64,000 nt of DNA from positions 888-64,887 of the forward strand of contig CAZYMF010000005.1 in NCBI GenBank assembly GCA_964648215.1. Direction: 5' to 3'. Shown here piece after piece: positions 29,487 through 39,151 of the stretch; the first letter of the stretch is position 1; each line of letters starts with the position of its first letter. Source of the DNA: an uncultured Candidatus Binatia bacterium. GTDB taxonomy: Bacteria; Desulfobacterota; Binatia; HRBIN30; JACQVA1. Made by a program: the position numbers and the translations under genes. Under the pieces are notes generated by a model. The model was given only the letters and a program-made list of their open reading frames with translations. It ran no database searches and had not been told where the DNA came from.

Positions 29487-30433
29487 GTCGTTGGCATCTT
29501 CCGGTCCAGGGCTATGGCGGGGTGCCGCGGGTGCTCAGCTGGCTGGCGAAGGCGCAGGCCCAGCGGGGCGATCGGGTCACCATCCTGGGGCCCGCGGGCA
29601 TGGCGTGCCCCGGGGTCGACTGTGTCACTGTGCCGGTGCCGCGCGGTGAGAGCGACTACAGTCCCTATCTGGCGCCGTACCTGCCGCGGGATGCGGACGT
29701 CGTGCATTTCCAGCATCAGCCCCGGATCCTGCCGTCGATTCCCTGGGTGCTGACGCAGCACGGGAACGGACAAGGTGCCAACGAAGATGTCTACAAGCCG
29801 CATCTGATCTACGTCAGCCGCGATCATGCGGCGCGGCACGGCTCCGAGCGCTTCGTCTACAACGGCCTCGATCCCGACGAGTTCCTCTTCCGCAAGCGCA
29901 AAGATGATTACTTCCTGTTCCTCTCCAAGGTGAGCTTGCGCAAGAAGGGTGTCGACGTGGCGATTCGACTGGCCCGCGAGATGGGGTTCCGCCTGCTCGT
30001 GGCCGGGGGCACGCGCTTCGGACTGCGCAAGACCGGCGGCCTGTGGAGCAGTCTGCGCGGCGACGTGCACTTCTGCGGCGAGGTCAGTGGGCGGCGCAAG
30101 GCCGAGCTCCTCGCCGGCGCGCGGGCCTTGATCTTTCCGGTGCGCTGGGAAGAGCCGTTCGGTCTCGTCGTTACGGAGGCGCTGGTGAGCGGCACGCCGG
30201 TGATCACGGCGCCCCGTGGCGCCATGCCCGAGCTGGTCACGCCTGACGTGGGCTTTCTGTGCGACTCGTACGCTGCCTTCCGCGACGCGGTGCGCCGCGT
30301 CGCGGAGATCGATCCCAGCGCTTGTCGACGTCGCGTCCTGGACAATTTCGCCAGCGCGCAGTCGACGCTGGCCTATGGTCGCTATTATCGGGAAGCGATC
30401 GCGACGTCGGCGCGATCGGGCGGCGTGACATGA
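29468..30433 (+). CDS. Glycosyltransferase family 4 (GT-B, GT1 superfamily)
   Basis: MHVVHVSR...GYGGVPRV N-terminus. C-terminal EEPFGLVVTEALVSGTPVI is the E-x7-E motif. Confidence 0.8.
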   Translation: MHVVHVSRWHLPVQGYGGVPRVLSWLAKAQAQRGDRVTILGPAGMACPGVDCVTVPVPRGESDYSPYLAPYLPRDADVVHFQHQPRILPSIPWVLTQHGNGQGANEDVYKPHLIYVSRDHAARHGSERFVYNGLDPDEFLFRKRKDDYFLFLSKVSLRKKGVDVAIRLAREMGFRLLVAGGTRFGLRKTGGLWSSLRGDVHFCGEVSGRRKAELLAGARALIFPVRWEEPFGLVVTEALVSGTPVITAPRGAMPELVTPDVGFLCDSYAAFRDAVRRVAEIDPSACRRRVLDNFASAQSTLAYGRYYREAIATSARSGGVT

Positions 30434-30568
30434 CCGGGGCAACGAGTGCCCCGACCGCGGAAGTGGTTCACTGGAGTGGAGGGCCGCCGCCGGCTGCTGC
30501 GAGCGCTTCTGACCGACGCGGTGATCGGCTTCGTCATCTGCATTCGTCGGCCCGGGGGCTTCGGGTCG

Positions 30569-31495
30569 CTATCGCTTCGCGCCCGACTCGCCTGAGACGA
30601 GGATCGCCCGGTCCGCCGCGCCCGCCGCTCCCGCGGGGCGGCGCCGCTTGATGCGGTGAACGAGGTCGATCTCCTCGTCCCCCCAGATCACGAAGACATC
30701 GCGAGGGTCGCGACCGTGGAAGTCCGGGAAGCGTAGCCGGCGCGACAGCTTCTGCACTTCCTTGCGGATGCGCCGCAGCTGCAGCCGCCAGCCCCACTTC
30801 TGCTCGAGCAGCGTCTTGTTGGGGTTCTTGACCTTCTTCCAGCTGCCGCCGGCGAGCGCGCGTTGGGTGATCTGGCCGAAGTGGTGGATCAACGTGGCTC
30901 CGGTCACGGCGCTGCGCAGACCGGCGCGGCGCAAGCGGATGTCGAGATCGTCATCTTCGAAACCGCCGCGGACGAAGCGCTCGTCGAACAGGCCGACGTG
31001 GTCGTAAACCGAGCGGGAGCTCAGAAAGCACTCGCCGCGCCAGCCGGGGCGCCACTGGTCGCCGAAGTGGCGGCAGTAGGCCGCCGCCACTTCGGCCAAC
31101 TCGTCGCCGGAGGGGCCGTTGATCACGGCGGGGCTGACCAGCGCGAATCCGGTGCGGGCGCGGAATTCGACCAGCGCCCGTAGCCAGCCGCGCGGCACCA
31201 CGACATCGTTGTTCATGATGAGGATCAGGGGAAAGCGCGCCGCGCGGATTCCCTGATTCCAGCCGCGGGCGCAGCCGACGTTCTCCTCGTTGCGAATTAC
31301 GCGACAACCGGCGGCGGCGCACAGAGCCGCGCTGCCGTCGCTGCTGCCGTTGTCGACGACGATGACCTCGTGGGCCAGCTCGGTGTGCGCGCGCAGGCTG
31401 TCGAGACAGCGGCGCGTGTAGTCGATCTGGTCGACGACGGCGATGACGACGCTGACCCCGCCGGCGTCGCCGGTCGCGGCGCTGTTGGCTGTCAT
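30569..31495 (-). CDS. Glycosyltransferase family 2
   Basis: VSVVIAVVDQIDYTRRCLDSL, VVDNGSSDGS, DDDLDIRL (DXD region). The start MTANSA at 31495 is internal to track ORF 30569..31783. Confidence 0.8.
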   Translation of the reverse strand: MTANSAATGDAGGVSVVIAVVDQIDYTRRCLDSLRAHTELAHEVIVVDNGSSDGSAALCAAAGCRVIRNEENVGCARGWNQGIRAARFPLILIMNNDVVVPRGWLRALVEFRARTGFALVSPAVINGPSGDELAEVAAAYCRHFGDQWRPGWRGECFLSSRSVYDHVGLFDERFVRGGFEDDDLDIRLRRAGLRSAVTGATLIHHFGQITQRALAGGSWKKVKNPNKTLLEQKWGWRLQLRRIRKEVQKLSRRLRFPDFHGRDPRDVFVIWGDEEIDLVHRIKRRRPAGAAGAADRAILVSGESGAKR

Positions 31496-32073
31496 CGATT
31501 GGATCCGGGTTTTATCACGGCCAGAGTGGCCGTCATGTCCTTGGCGCGGATCACGAAGGCGAGGTACTCTTCCCAGAACTTGCGCAGAAAGCGGCAGGCT
31601 CGGTAGCGGTTCTCGAGATTCACCAGGAGCTGGACGCCCAGAGCCCGCCACAGGCTGGGGAAGCGCACGCGCAGCGCAACGGTGTCGTAGCGGGCGCGGG
31701 TGTAGTAGGCGAATCCGTGCTCCGCGCTGAAGTAGGTGAACGTGCGCGTGTTCAGATGCCAGTGATGGGTGGGGTCGCTCCACGAGCCGTGCGCGCTGTA
31801 GTGCGGCGTCACGATGTGCACGAGAGCCCCGGGGCGGGCGACGCGATGGAGCTCGCCGAGGATGTGGACCAAGGAGGCGGCGTGCTCGATGACGTGGGCG
31901 GCCCAGATCTCGTCGAACGCGTCGTTGCGAAAGGGCAGGTGGGGGCCGTCGAAGTTGGCCACGAGGTCGACACCGGGCACGGCGAACAGATCGAACCCCA
32001 CCGCCCCCGGACGCTTGTTGGGACCGCAGGCGACGTCGAGAACGCGTCGACGGGTGGAGTCGAGATCGGCCAT
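31492..32073 (-). CDS. Class I SAM-dependent methyltransferase
   Basis: VLDVACGPN motif I, FDEIWAAHVIEH and PGALVHIVTP. The start is MADLD at 32073. 4-nt overlap with the downstream GT2. Confidence 0.75.
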   Translation of the reverse strand: MADLDSTRRRVLDVACGPNKRPGAVGFDLFAVPGVDLVANFDGPHLPFRNDAFDEIWAAHVIEHAASLVHILGELHRVARPGALVHIVTPHYSAHGSWSDPTHHWHLNTRTFTYFSAEHGFAYYTRARYDTVALRVRFPSLWRALGVQLLVNLENRYRACRFLRKFWEEYLAFVIRAKDMTATLAVIKPGSNR

Positions 32074-32381
32074 GGCGCTATGCCGTCCGAACGACACGGA
32101 GGGTGCGGCCGGCGGGCGAGCGCAGACGGTGCAAGCCGCAAGCGAAGATGTCAAGCGCGGGCCAGGAGTCGGCCCCCGCCACTGCCGCGTCGATCCTCAT
32201 CAAGATGCGGCATGTAACCCGATCCCGGCAGCGGCGCAACCGCGCGCGGTGCGCACCGGTCGGGCGATGGCGGGTTGCGGCGTGCCTGTCGCTGCGATAC
32301 GGAACGGGCTGCCCCGAAACGGCCTGCCGACAAGTGCCGACGAGGCCGACCGCCGCAATGCAGAGGACCGCACGTTCCGAG

Positions 32382-33512
32382 ATGGCCCCGCCGCCGTGCA
32401 TCGTGCACGTCGACTCGGAAGCCGGTTTCTCGGGAGGCGAAGTGCAGGTGTTTCTACTCCTCGAAGGCTTGCAGCGTCTCGGATACCGTGTGGCGCTGTG
32501 CTGCCCACCCGGCAGCCGCAGCGCCCTGGAGGCGGGGCGTCGGGGTATCGAGTGCCACCTCGTGCGCATGCGCAACGATCTGGACCTGCCGGCGATTCCC
32601 GCGCTCCGGCATGCCTATCGAGCCGTCGGCGCCGACCTCGTGCATCTGCACACGGGCCGGGCCAACTGGCTGGGCGGCCTCGCCGCGCGCTGGGCAGGGC
32701 TTCCTGCAGTCACCTCGCGACGCATGGATCGCCGCGTGAAGCGCGGCTGGCGCACCCGGCTGATCTACGGCCGGCTGGTCCAGCGCGCCGTGGCGATCTC
32801 GCCCGCCGTGGTCGATTGCCTGACGGCAGGCGGAGTGCCGCCCGATCGGGTCGTGCTCATCTGCGACGGCGTCGATCCAGCCCGATTGGCCCCGCGGATC
32901 GGGCGCGACGCCCTGCGGGCGGAGCTCGGCGCCACGAGCGCGGACACCGTGCTCCTGGCGCTGGCGGCGCTGGTGCACCGCAAGGGGCTCGACGTGCTGT
33001 TGGATGCGCTGGGGCAGCTTGCCGGCAGCGGCTTGCGGCCGCCTGTCTGGATCGCGGGTGAGGGGCCCGAGCGCCGGTCCTTGGTCGCTCAGGCGGAACG
33101 GCTGCGCCTGTCGCGGCAGGTGAAGTTCCTCGGCAGCCGCGCCGACGTCGGTGATCTTTTGGCGGCATGCGACGTGTTCGTCCTGCCGTCGCGGCGCGAA
33201 GGGTTGGGCGTCTCCGCGCTCGAAGCGATGGCGGCCGGCCGGCCGGTGGTGTGCAGCTCCGTGGGCGGTATGCGGCATTCCGTGGTGCCGGAGCGGACGG
33301 GATTGCTGTGCGCCCCCGGGGACCCCGACACGCTGGCGCAGGCACTGGCGCGCGTCCTCGGCGACGCCGCGCTGCGCGCGCGGCTCGGGGTGGCAGGACC
33401 GGGTCGGATCGGCGAAGGGTTCCTGGCGCAGCAGATGGTGGAAGCGCACCGCTGCCTGTACTGCGAGGTGCTGGAGGAATGGCGAGCCCGGCGCTCGGCC
33501 AGACGCGCCTGA
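32382..33512 (+). CDS. Glycosyltransferase family 4
   Basis: IVHVDSEAGFSGGEVQVF N-terminus. REGLGVSALEAMAAGRPVV is the E-x7-E motif. The start is ATG 32382 (or 32358), internal to track ORF 32103..33512. Confidence 0.8.
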   Translation: MAPPPCIVHVDSEAGFSGGEVQVFLLLEGLQRLGYRVALCCPPGSRSALEAGRRGIECHLVRMRNDLDLPAIPALRHAYRAVGADLVHLHTGRANWLGGLAARWAGLPAVTSRRMDRRVKRGWRTRLIYGRLVQRAVAISPAVVDCLTAGGVPPDRVVLICDGVDPARLAPRIGRDALRAELGATSADTVLLALAALVHRKGLDVLLDALGQLAGSGLRPPVWIAGEGPERRSLVAQAERLRLSRQVKFLGSRADVGDLLAACDVFVLPSRREGLGVSALEAMAAGRPVVCSSVGGMRHSVVPERTGLLCAPGDPDTLAQALARVLGDAALRARLGVAGPGRIGEGFLAQQMVEAHRCLYCEVLEEWRARRSARRA

Positions 33513-33538
33513 GCGTCAGGGGCAGGGGCGCCGCGGGG

Positions 33539-34354
33539 TCACGAAGCTGCCGCGGTGCGGAAGCGAACGCGCGATACCCAGTGTCCCGGGTTCACGGGGC
33601 CGTGAGGGACGCGCCAGCGGCGGAGCTTGTACTGCAGCTTGGCGATGCCGGCGGGCTTGCGCCCCAAGGCGACGTAGGGAACCAGCCTGGCGAGGCGTCG
33701 GTACAGCGAGAGCTTCTCGTCGGCAAACCCAGCGGCGGTCCGCGGGTCGCGGAAGAACTGCGACCAGCCGATCGAGCCGCAGACGCCGGCCGGGCCGAAG
33801 TTCCCGGCCAGCAGGATGTCCGTGCACAGCACGCGAACCGGCCCCTCCTCGGCGTGCAGCACGTCGTGCAAGGCGACGATGGCTCCGTCTGCCAGGAACG
33901 GCGAGAACAGGTCGAAATCCAACTTTGCCCCGGCGTAGGAATGATCGCCATCGATCCAGAGCAAGCGGATCGGCCGGTTCCAGCCGGCGGCCAGATCCTT
34001 CGAATAGGCATGGTGAAACTCGACCCGGTCGGCTACACCATGGCGCTCGAGCGTAGCGCCGAGCTCGTGCAGCGAAACGTCTCCGCCCGTCAGGGCGGGA
34101 TCGATGAGGGGATCGACGGCGACGACTCGGCCGCTGTCGGATAGAGTGGCTGCCTTGGCCAAGACGACCGTCGACTTGCCTTTGAAAGTGCCGATCTCCA
34201 CAATCTCGCCCGCGGTGGTGGGGCAGGCGGCCAGCAGCGCCAGGAAGGCGATCTCCTTGTCGGAGAGGTATCCACCGATGCTGCGAGTCAGGCTCAACAA
34301 CTCGGTGGTGATTCGTTCCAGGTCCGGCGGAACCGACGGCATGCCGACAGGCAT
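33539..34354 (-). CDS. Class I SAM-dependent methyltransferase (Methyltransf_24 / CmcI-like)
   Basis: IVEIGTFKGKST, LLWIDGDHSY, GAIVALHD. The start is uncertain (34354, 34342 or 34408). Confidence 0.7.
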   Translation of the reverse strand: MPVGMPSVPPDLERITTELLSLTRSIGGYLSDKEIAFLALLAACPTTAGEIVEIGTFKGKSTVVLAKAATLSDSGRVVAVDPLIDPALTGGDVSLHELGATLERHGVADRVEFHHAYSKDLAAGWNRPIRLLWIDGDHSYAGAKLDFDLFSPFLADGAIVALHDVLHAEEGPVRVLCTDILLAGNFGPAGVCGSIGWSQFFRDPRTAAGFADEKLSLYRRLARLVPYVALGRKPAGIAKLQYKLRRWRVPHGPVNPGHWVSRVRFRTAAAS

Positions 34355-34456
34355 ATCGCGACGGCTCGCGCGGTTGCAAGTTGGTGCCGGGGGACCGCCC
34401 GTCGACATCCGCTGAGGATGCAATCGTTCAGCCGGGGATTTGGGAGGGCAGGAGAA

Positions 34457-35365
34457 ATGGAGCAAGGGCAAAACAGGCCTCGGCTCAGCGCCTGTGTGAT
34501 TACCTTCAACGAGGCCGGTCGAATTCGCGACTGCCTCGAGTCGGTGCGTTGGTGCGATGAGATGGTCGTCGTCGATTCTCACTCCACGGACGAGACGCGC
34601 ACGATCGCCGCGCAGATGGGGGCGAAGGTCATCGAGCGCGACTGGCCTGGTTTTGGGCCGCAGAAGGAGTTTGCGGCTCGCGCCGCGGCGCATGATTGGG
34701 TGCTGTGCTTGGACGCCGACGAGCGCGTGTCCCCGCCGTTGCGGGCCGAAATCATGGCGTTGCGCGACGCGGGCTTCCCGGGTCGGCTCGGCTGGAAGAT
34801 CCCGCGCTTGAGCTGGTATCTGGGCCGATGGATCCGCCACGGCGCCTGGTACCCCGATCGCTGCTTACGGCTGTACGATCGCCGCTACGGACAGTGGCGG
34901 AGCTTCGAGGACGTAGGCGCGCCGCCCGCGCCGGCAGGATATCGGTCGAAGGCGGAGCCGCTCGCCCCTGTCGGGGCGCGGACCTTGAAGATGTTCGTAC
35001 ACGTGGAGCTGCCGCAGCCACCCGGACGGCTGCGACACGATCTCATCCATTTTCCCTACCGGGACATCTCGGATCACCTGCGGAAGATCGACCGCTACAC
35101 TACCCAGATCGCAGCCCAGCTGCACAAAACGGGCCGCCGCGCCGGGCTGGCCGACCTGATCGGGCGGCCGCTGGTGGGCTTCATCCGCTCCTATTGGCTG
35201 CAGAGAGGCTTCCTTGACGGCTGGCAGGGGCTGCTCGTTGCCTACCTGCACGCCCACTACACGCGGATGAAGTACGCCAAGCTCTATGCGCTGCGGCAGA
35301 AGGCGACGGATGGCACGGCGTGCGCAGGAGGGTCCCTCGGCGGCACCGGCGATGAGCCCCTGTAG
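34457..35365 (+). CDS. Glycosyltransferase family 2 (WaaE/KdtX-like LPS core glycosyltransferase)
   Basis: LSACVITFNEAGRIRDCLESV, VVVDSHSTDET, LDADERV, and a C-terminal GFLDGWQG helix region. Confidence 0.8.
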   Translation: MEQGQNRPRLSACVITFNEAGRIRDCLESVRWCDEMVVVDSHSTDETRTIAAQMGAKVIERDWPGFGPQKEFAARAAAHDWVLCLDADERVSPPLRAEIMALRDAGFPGRLGWKIPRLSWYLGRWIRHGAWYPDRCLRLYDRRYGQWRSFEDVGAPPAPAGYRSKAEPLAPVGARTLKMFVHVELPQPPGRLRHDLIHFPYRDISDHLRKIDRYTTQIAAQLHKTGRRAGLADLIGRPLVGFIRSYWLQRGFLDGWQGLLVAYLHAHYTRMKYAKLYALRQKATDGTACAGGSLGGTGDEPL

Positions 35366-35407
35366 CGGGCGGCGGGCGGCAGGCGCGTGTGCGGGGGGTC
35401 GCCTCGC

Positions 35408-36289
35408 TCACGGCGGCAGGAGGATGTAGTTCCGGTGCTCGCCGATGCGAAAGCCGAGCAGGGCGCTCTCGATCCACGACAGGGTGCGGATCGAGAGCCG
35501 GTCGTGGTCCCGCCGCGTATGCCCGCTAGGCTTGACCGTCCAGTTCAAGGCCGCGATGCGTGCCTGCATGACGGCGGGGTGCGTGCCTTTGAAGCGGCGC
35601 CGCCCGTGGAGGCGCCCGTAGTCGAACTCTTCGTCGGGATCGGGGATGTGTGCGCGGGCGGCTTCCTCGCCCCGATGAACCGCATAGAGTGCCTGCGTCT
35701 TTCGGGTCATTCGCCGCGGCGGCCGCACCCAGCCGTAGTGGAAGATGCGGGCACCGGCCGGAACCACGTGGATCTTCCTGGCGTCGCGACGAAAGCCCTG
35801 GGCGCTCTTCCACGAGCGGATGCCGGCTCGGTTGCGGACGATGCGCACCTCGCGCCGGTACCAGTTGTGGGCCGCCTGGTAGTGGTCGTAGTCGGCGAAG
35901 AAGTGCAGGTACTCGAACAGCAGGCCCTCGACCCGCGGATCGTGGAGGTAGGTCTCCATGCGCTGCACCAGTGGCTGGAGATCGTCCTCGTGCACGACCT
36001 CGTCGGCCTGAAGGTAAAAGGCCCAGTCTCCGGTGCACGCGTCGAGAGCGATGTTGCTCTGCTGCGCGTTGCTGGCGCCGCGAACGAACTGGCTCTTGTC
36101 CCAGATCGTCTCGATGATCTTGATCTTGGGATCGTCGATGCTGCGCAGCAGCTCGGTGGTGCCGTCGGTGGAATCACCGGCGGCGATGACGAACTCGTCA
36201 CAGATGGGGAGGATCGAGCGGATCGACTCCGCCACGGGGTAGTACAGGTCGATGGCGTTGCGAACGAAAGTGAAACCGCTGATCCTCAT
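35408..36289 (-). CDS. Glycosyltransferase family 2
   Basis: ISGFTFVRNAIDLYYP, AAGDSTDGT, LQADEVVHE. Confidence 0.8.
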   Translation of the reverse strand: MRISGFTFVRNAIDLYYPVAESIRSILPICDEFVIAAGDSTDGTTELLRSIDDPKIKIIETIWDKSQFVRGASNAQQSNIALDACTGDWAFYLQADEVVHEDDLQPLVQRMETYLHDPRVEGLLFEYLHFFADYDHYQAAHNWYRREVRIVRNRAGIRSWKSAQGFRRDARKIHVVPAGARIFHYGWVRPPRRMTRKTQALYAVHRGEEAARAHIPDPDEEFDYGRLHGRRRFKGTHPAVMQARIAALNWTVKPSGHTRRDHDRLSIRTLSWIESALLGFRIGEHRNYILLPP

Positions 36290-36383
36290 TCCACTTGTCC
36301 GCTAGCGAAGGGAGGACAGACCGTCAACCACCGTCAACCGCCGGGCTTGCCCGGCCCGCGGGGTTTGTGCTTCCGTCGGTGCC

Positions 36384-37481
36384 GTGAGCAAGGCAAAGGC
36401 TGGCCCGGCAAAGCGGGTGCTGGTCGTGCGTCTGGGGGCGATCGGAGACGCGCTCCGCGTGCTTCCTGCCGTGCGCCGGCTGCGCCTGGCCCGGCCCGAC
36501 GTGCTGATCGGCTGGGCGGTGGAAGATTGGGTGTATCCGGTGATCGAGGGGAATCCCAACGTGGATCGGTTCCACGTTCTGAGCCGCGGCGCGCTACGTG
36601 CGGGGCCGCGCGCGGCCGTCGCCGAGAGCTGGAGATTCATCGGCGATGTCCGCAAGCAAGGGTACGACACGGTCCTCGACTTTCACGGGCGGCTCAAGAG
36701 CGGCATCGTCTCCCTGCTCTCCGGGGCGACGCGGCGCATCGGCTATGCGGCGGGAGATTGCACCGAGGGCAATCACCTCTTCAGCAACCTCCACGTGACG
36801 TTGGAGGATCGCTACGAGAACCGGGTGCTCCGCTTTCTGCATCTGCTGGCGCCTCTAGGCATCGAGGCGGCGTTCCATCCGCGGGACACCGGAATCCACC
36901 TCGATCCGCGGCGCCGCGCAGCGGCGCGCGCCTGGCATGCCGAGCACGGCCATCCGGCGGTCGCGGCCTATCCGGGCACGAGCCGGAACCAAGCCGGCTA
37001 TCATCGCTGGCCGCCGGAAAAATGGGTCGCCCTGCTGCGACGCCTGGCCGAGGCGGGCGTCGGTTCCGTCCTCTTCTGGGGCCCCGACGAGGCCGATCTG
37101 ACGCGGTGGATTGCCGCCCGTGTCCCCGAGCGTTGCCTGTTGGCGCCGCCTACGGCATTAACCGAGATGATGGCGATGCTTGCCTGCTTCCAGGCCTTCG
37201 TCGGCTCGAACACGGCGGCCATGCACATGGCCTGGCTCCAGGGCGTGCCGGCGGCGGTGTTCAGCGGTCCTGCCGAGCCGCGCACCGACGCGCCGCTGGA
37301 CCCCGTGCCGTTTCGGGCGCTGCGCGCCGCCGGCCAGGCGCGGGCCGGAGTCAGCAAGCGCCGCCAGGCCGACGTGGTCGCCGAGGTGTCGGTGGACGAA
37401 GCCTTCGAAGCCGTCACGGCACTGCTGGCGCAGGGATCGGCGCGAGGCACGGCAGCGGCCGCGGAGAGGGCGAAGGGGTGA
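36384..37481 (+). CDS. Glycosyltransferase family 9 (heptosyltransferase), second copy
   Basis: VLVVRLGAIGDALRVLPA, EKW motif, GSNTAAMHMA. Confidence 0.85.
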   Translation: MSKAKAGPAKRVLVVRLGAIGDALRVLPAVRRLRLARPDVLIGWAVEDWVYPVIEGNPNVDRFHVLSRGALRAGPRAAVAESWRFIGDVRKQGYDTVLDFHGRLKSGIVSLLSGATRRIGYAAGDCTEGNHLFSNLHVTLEDRYENRVLRFLHLLAPLGIEAAFHPRDTGIHLDPRRRAAARAWHAEHGHPAVAAYPGTSRNQAGYHRWPPEKWVALLRRLAEAGVGSVLFWGPDEADLTRWIAARVPERCLLAPPTALTEMMAMLACFQAFVGSNTAAMHMAWLQGVPAAVFSGPAEPRTDAPLDPVPFRALRAAGQARAGVSKRRQADVVAEVSVDEAFEAVTALLAQGSARGTAAAAERAKG

Positions 37482-37489
37482 AGGTGGCC

Positions 37490-38068
37490 ATGGATTGGGT
37501 TCCAACGGACGCGCAGGACCGGGCGTTGGTGGAATGGTATCGCGCGTCGCCGGCGTCGGTCGACGCGGGCGCGGATCTCGGCTCGCAAGTGTTGGCGCAG
37601 CATTTCTGCAACTTCAACCTGTGGAACCTGGAGGACGAGGCTCGACGCACCGATGTCGACGACAGCGTCATCGCCGGAATCAAGCGTGCCATCGACCGCT
37701 GGAACCAGAGACGCAACGACCTCATCGAACGCATCGACGAAGCCCTCCTGGCCGAGCTCGCGCGGGTCGACGTGTCGTGCGCCGAGCAGCACTCGGAGAC
37801 GGCCGGTCAGATGGTGGACCGTCTTTCCATCCTGGCGTTGAAGATCTGGCACATGCGGGCGCTGGCGCAGCGACGGGACGACCCGGCTCTGGCCGCGGAG
37901 TGCGCCGCCAAGCTCGCCGTGCTCGAGGTCCAACGCGCGGATCTCGCCGGCTGTCTGCGCCGCCTCCTCGACGATTTCCGCGCCGGCCGGCGCTACTTCA
38001 AGATCTATCGCCAGTTCAAGGCGTACAACGACCCGCGGCTGAACCCCGTCCTCGCTCGGGGACGGTGA
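37490..38068 (+). CDS. DUF4254-like protein
   Basis: 192 aa, start MDWVPTD at 37490 (last part of track ORF 35387..38068). The LWNLEDEAR and SILALKIWH pattern is as I remember for DUF4254, which often sits in LPS loci. Confidence 0.6.
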   Translation: MDWVPTDAQDRALVEWYRASPASVDAGADLGSQVLAQHFCNFNLWNLEDEARRTDVDDSVIAGIKRAIDRWNQRRNDLIERIDEALLAELARVDVSCAEQHSETAGQMVDRLSILALKIWHMRALAQRRDDPALAAECAAKLAVLEVQRADLAGCLRRLLDDFRAGRRYFKIYRQFKAYNDPRLNPVLARGR

Positions 38069-38111
38069 GGGGTGGCCTTTGGGGCCTGCGGTGCGCTATG
38101 TGCGCGGCACG

Positions 38112-39101
38112 ATGACGCGCAAGCGGAGCGACCCGAAACGAGTGCTGCCGCGCTTCCGCCGAGTGCGGGTCCTGGTGGTGGGCGACCTGATTCTCGACCA
38201 GTTCATCTGGGGGCGGGTAGAGCGCATCTCGCCGGAGGCGCCGGTGCCGGTGGTGCAAGTGGTCGACGAGAGCTTTCGGCTCGGCGGCGCCGCCAACGTG
38301 GTCCACAACGTTTGCGCCCTCGGCGGCCGCGCCGCGGCTTGCGGCGTGATCGGAGGCGACGCCGCGGGTCGGCGACTGCTGCGTCTGCTGGCGGAGATCG
38401 GCGCCGGGGTCGCGGGAGTGCTGAGCGGTCGCGGCTCGGCCACGACGCTCAAAACGCGCATCGTTGCCCACCAACAGCAGGTCGTCCGCCTGGATCGCGA
38501 CCAGACGCCGCGAAAATCCGTGCGACTGCGGGCGCGCGTGCGCCACTATCTGGCGCGGCACGCGAGTGAGTTCGACGTCGTCGTGGTGTCTGATTACGGC
38601 AAGGGCGTCGTCGGAAGGGAGGTCCTGGAGGAGCTGGCGGCGGCGCGTCAGCGAAACGGCTTCCACCTCGTCATCGATCCGAAACGAGGCAACTTCCCGT
38701 ACTACCGGGGGGCCAGCCTGGTGACGCCGAACCGGGCCGAAGCTGCCCAGGCCGCGGGCATCGACATTCAAGACGAGCGCACGCTGCGGCAGGCGGGGGC
38801 GCTGCTGCTCGACCACTGGGGAACGGAGGCGGTTCTGATCACGCGCAGTGAGCACGGCATGACGCTGTTCAAGCGCGACGGCGCGGTGATTCACTTTCCC
38901 ACCGTGGCGAGGCATGTTTTCGACGTGACCGGGGCCGGCGATACGGTGGTGGCGACGTGCGCCCTGGCGTTGGGTGCAGGCGCCACCTTCGAGGAGGCGG
39001 CCGTGCTGGCGAACCACGCCGCTGGCATCGTCGTCGGCGAGGTGGGCACCGCGACCATATCCATGGCGACGCTGCGCGGGGACCTGCGGCGCGCCGGGTG
39101 A
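38112..39101 (+). CDS. hldA: D-glycero-beta-D-manno-heptose-7-phosphate kinase (HldE domain I only; PfkB family)
   Basis: VLVVGDLILDQFIWGRVERISPEAPVPVV and GGAANV closely parallel the E. coli HldE N-terminus. C-terminal GAGDTVVA. About 329 aa, with no adenylyltransferase domain. Confidence 0.85.
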   Translation: MTRKRSDPKRVLPRFRRVRVLVVGDLILDQFIWGRVERISPEAPVPVVQVVDESFRLGGAANVVHNVCALGGRAAACGVIGGDAAGRRLLRLLAEIGAGVAGVLSGRGSATTLKTRIVAHQQQVVRLDRDQTPRKSVRLRARVRHYLARHASEFDVVVVSDYGKGVVGREVLEELAAARQRNGFHLVIDPKRGNFPYYRGASLVTPNRAEAAQAAGIDIQDERTLRQAGALLLDHWGTEAVLITRSEHGMTLFKRDGAVIHFPTVARHVFDVTGAGDTVVATCALALGAGATFEEAAVLANHAAGIVVGEVGTATISMATLRGDLRRAG

Positions 39102-39151
39102 CACGTGAGAGTCGAGTCGCGACACGACGAGAAAAGGGAGGAGACGGACAA

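Noticed and set aside
35387-38068. 893-aa plus-strand ORF spanning two glycosyltransferase genes.
   Set aside because: Most of it is antisense to the GT2 gene (35408..36289) or out of frame with the GT9 gene (36384..37481). Only the last 192 aa (from ATG 37490) read like a real protein (DUF4254-like).
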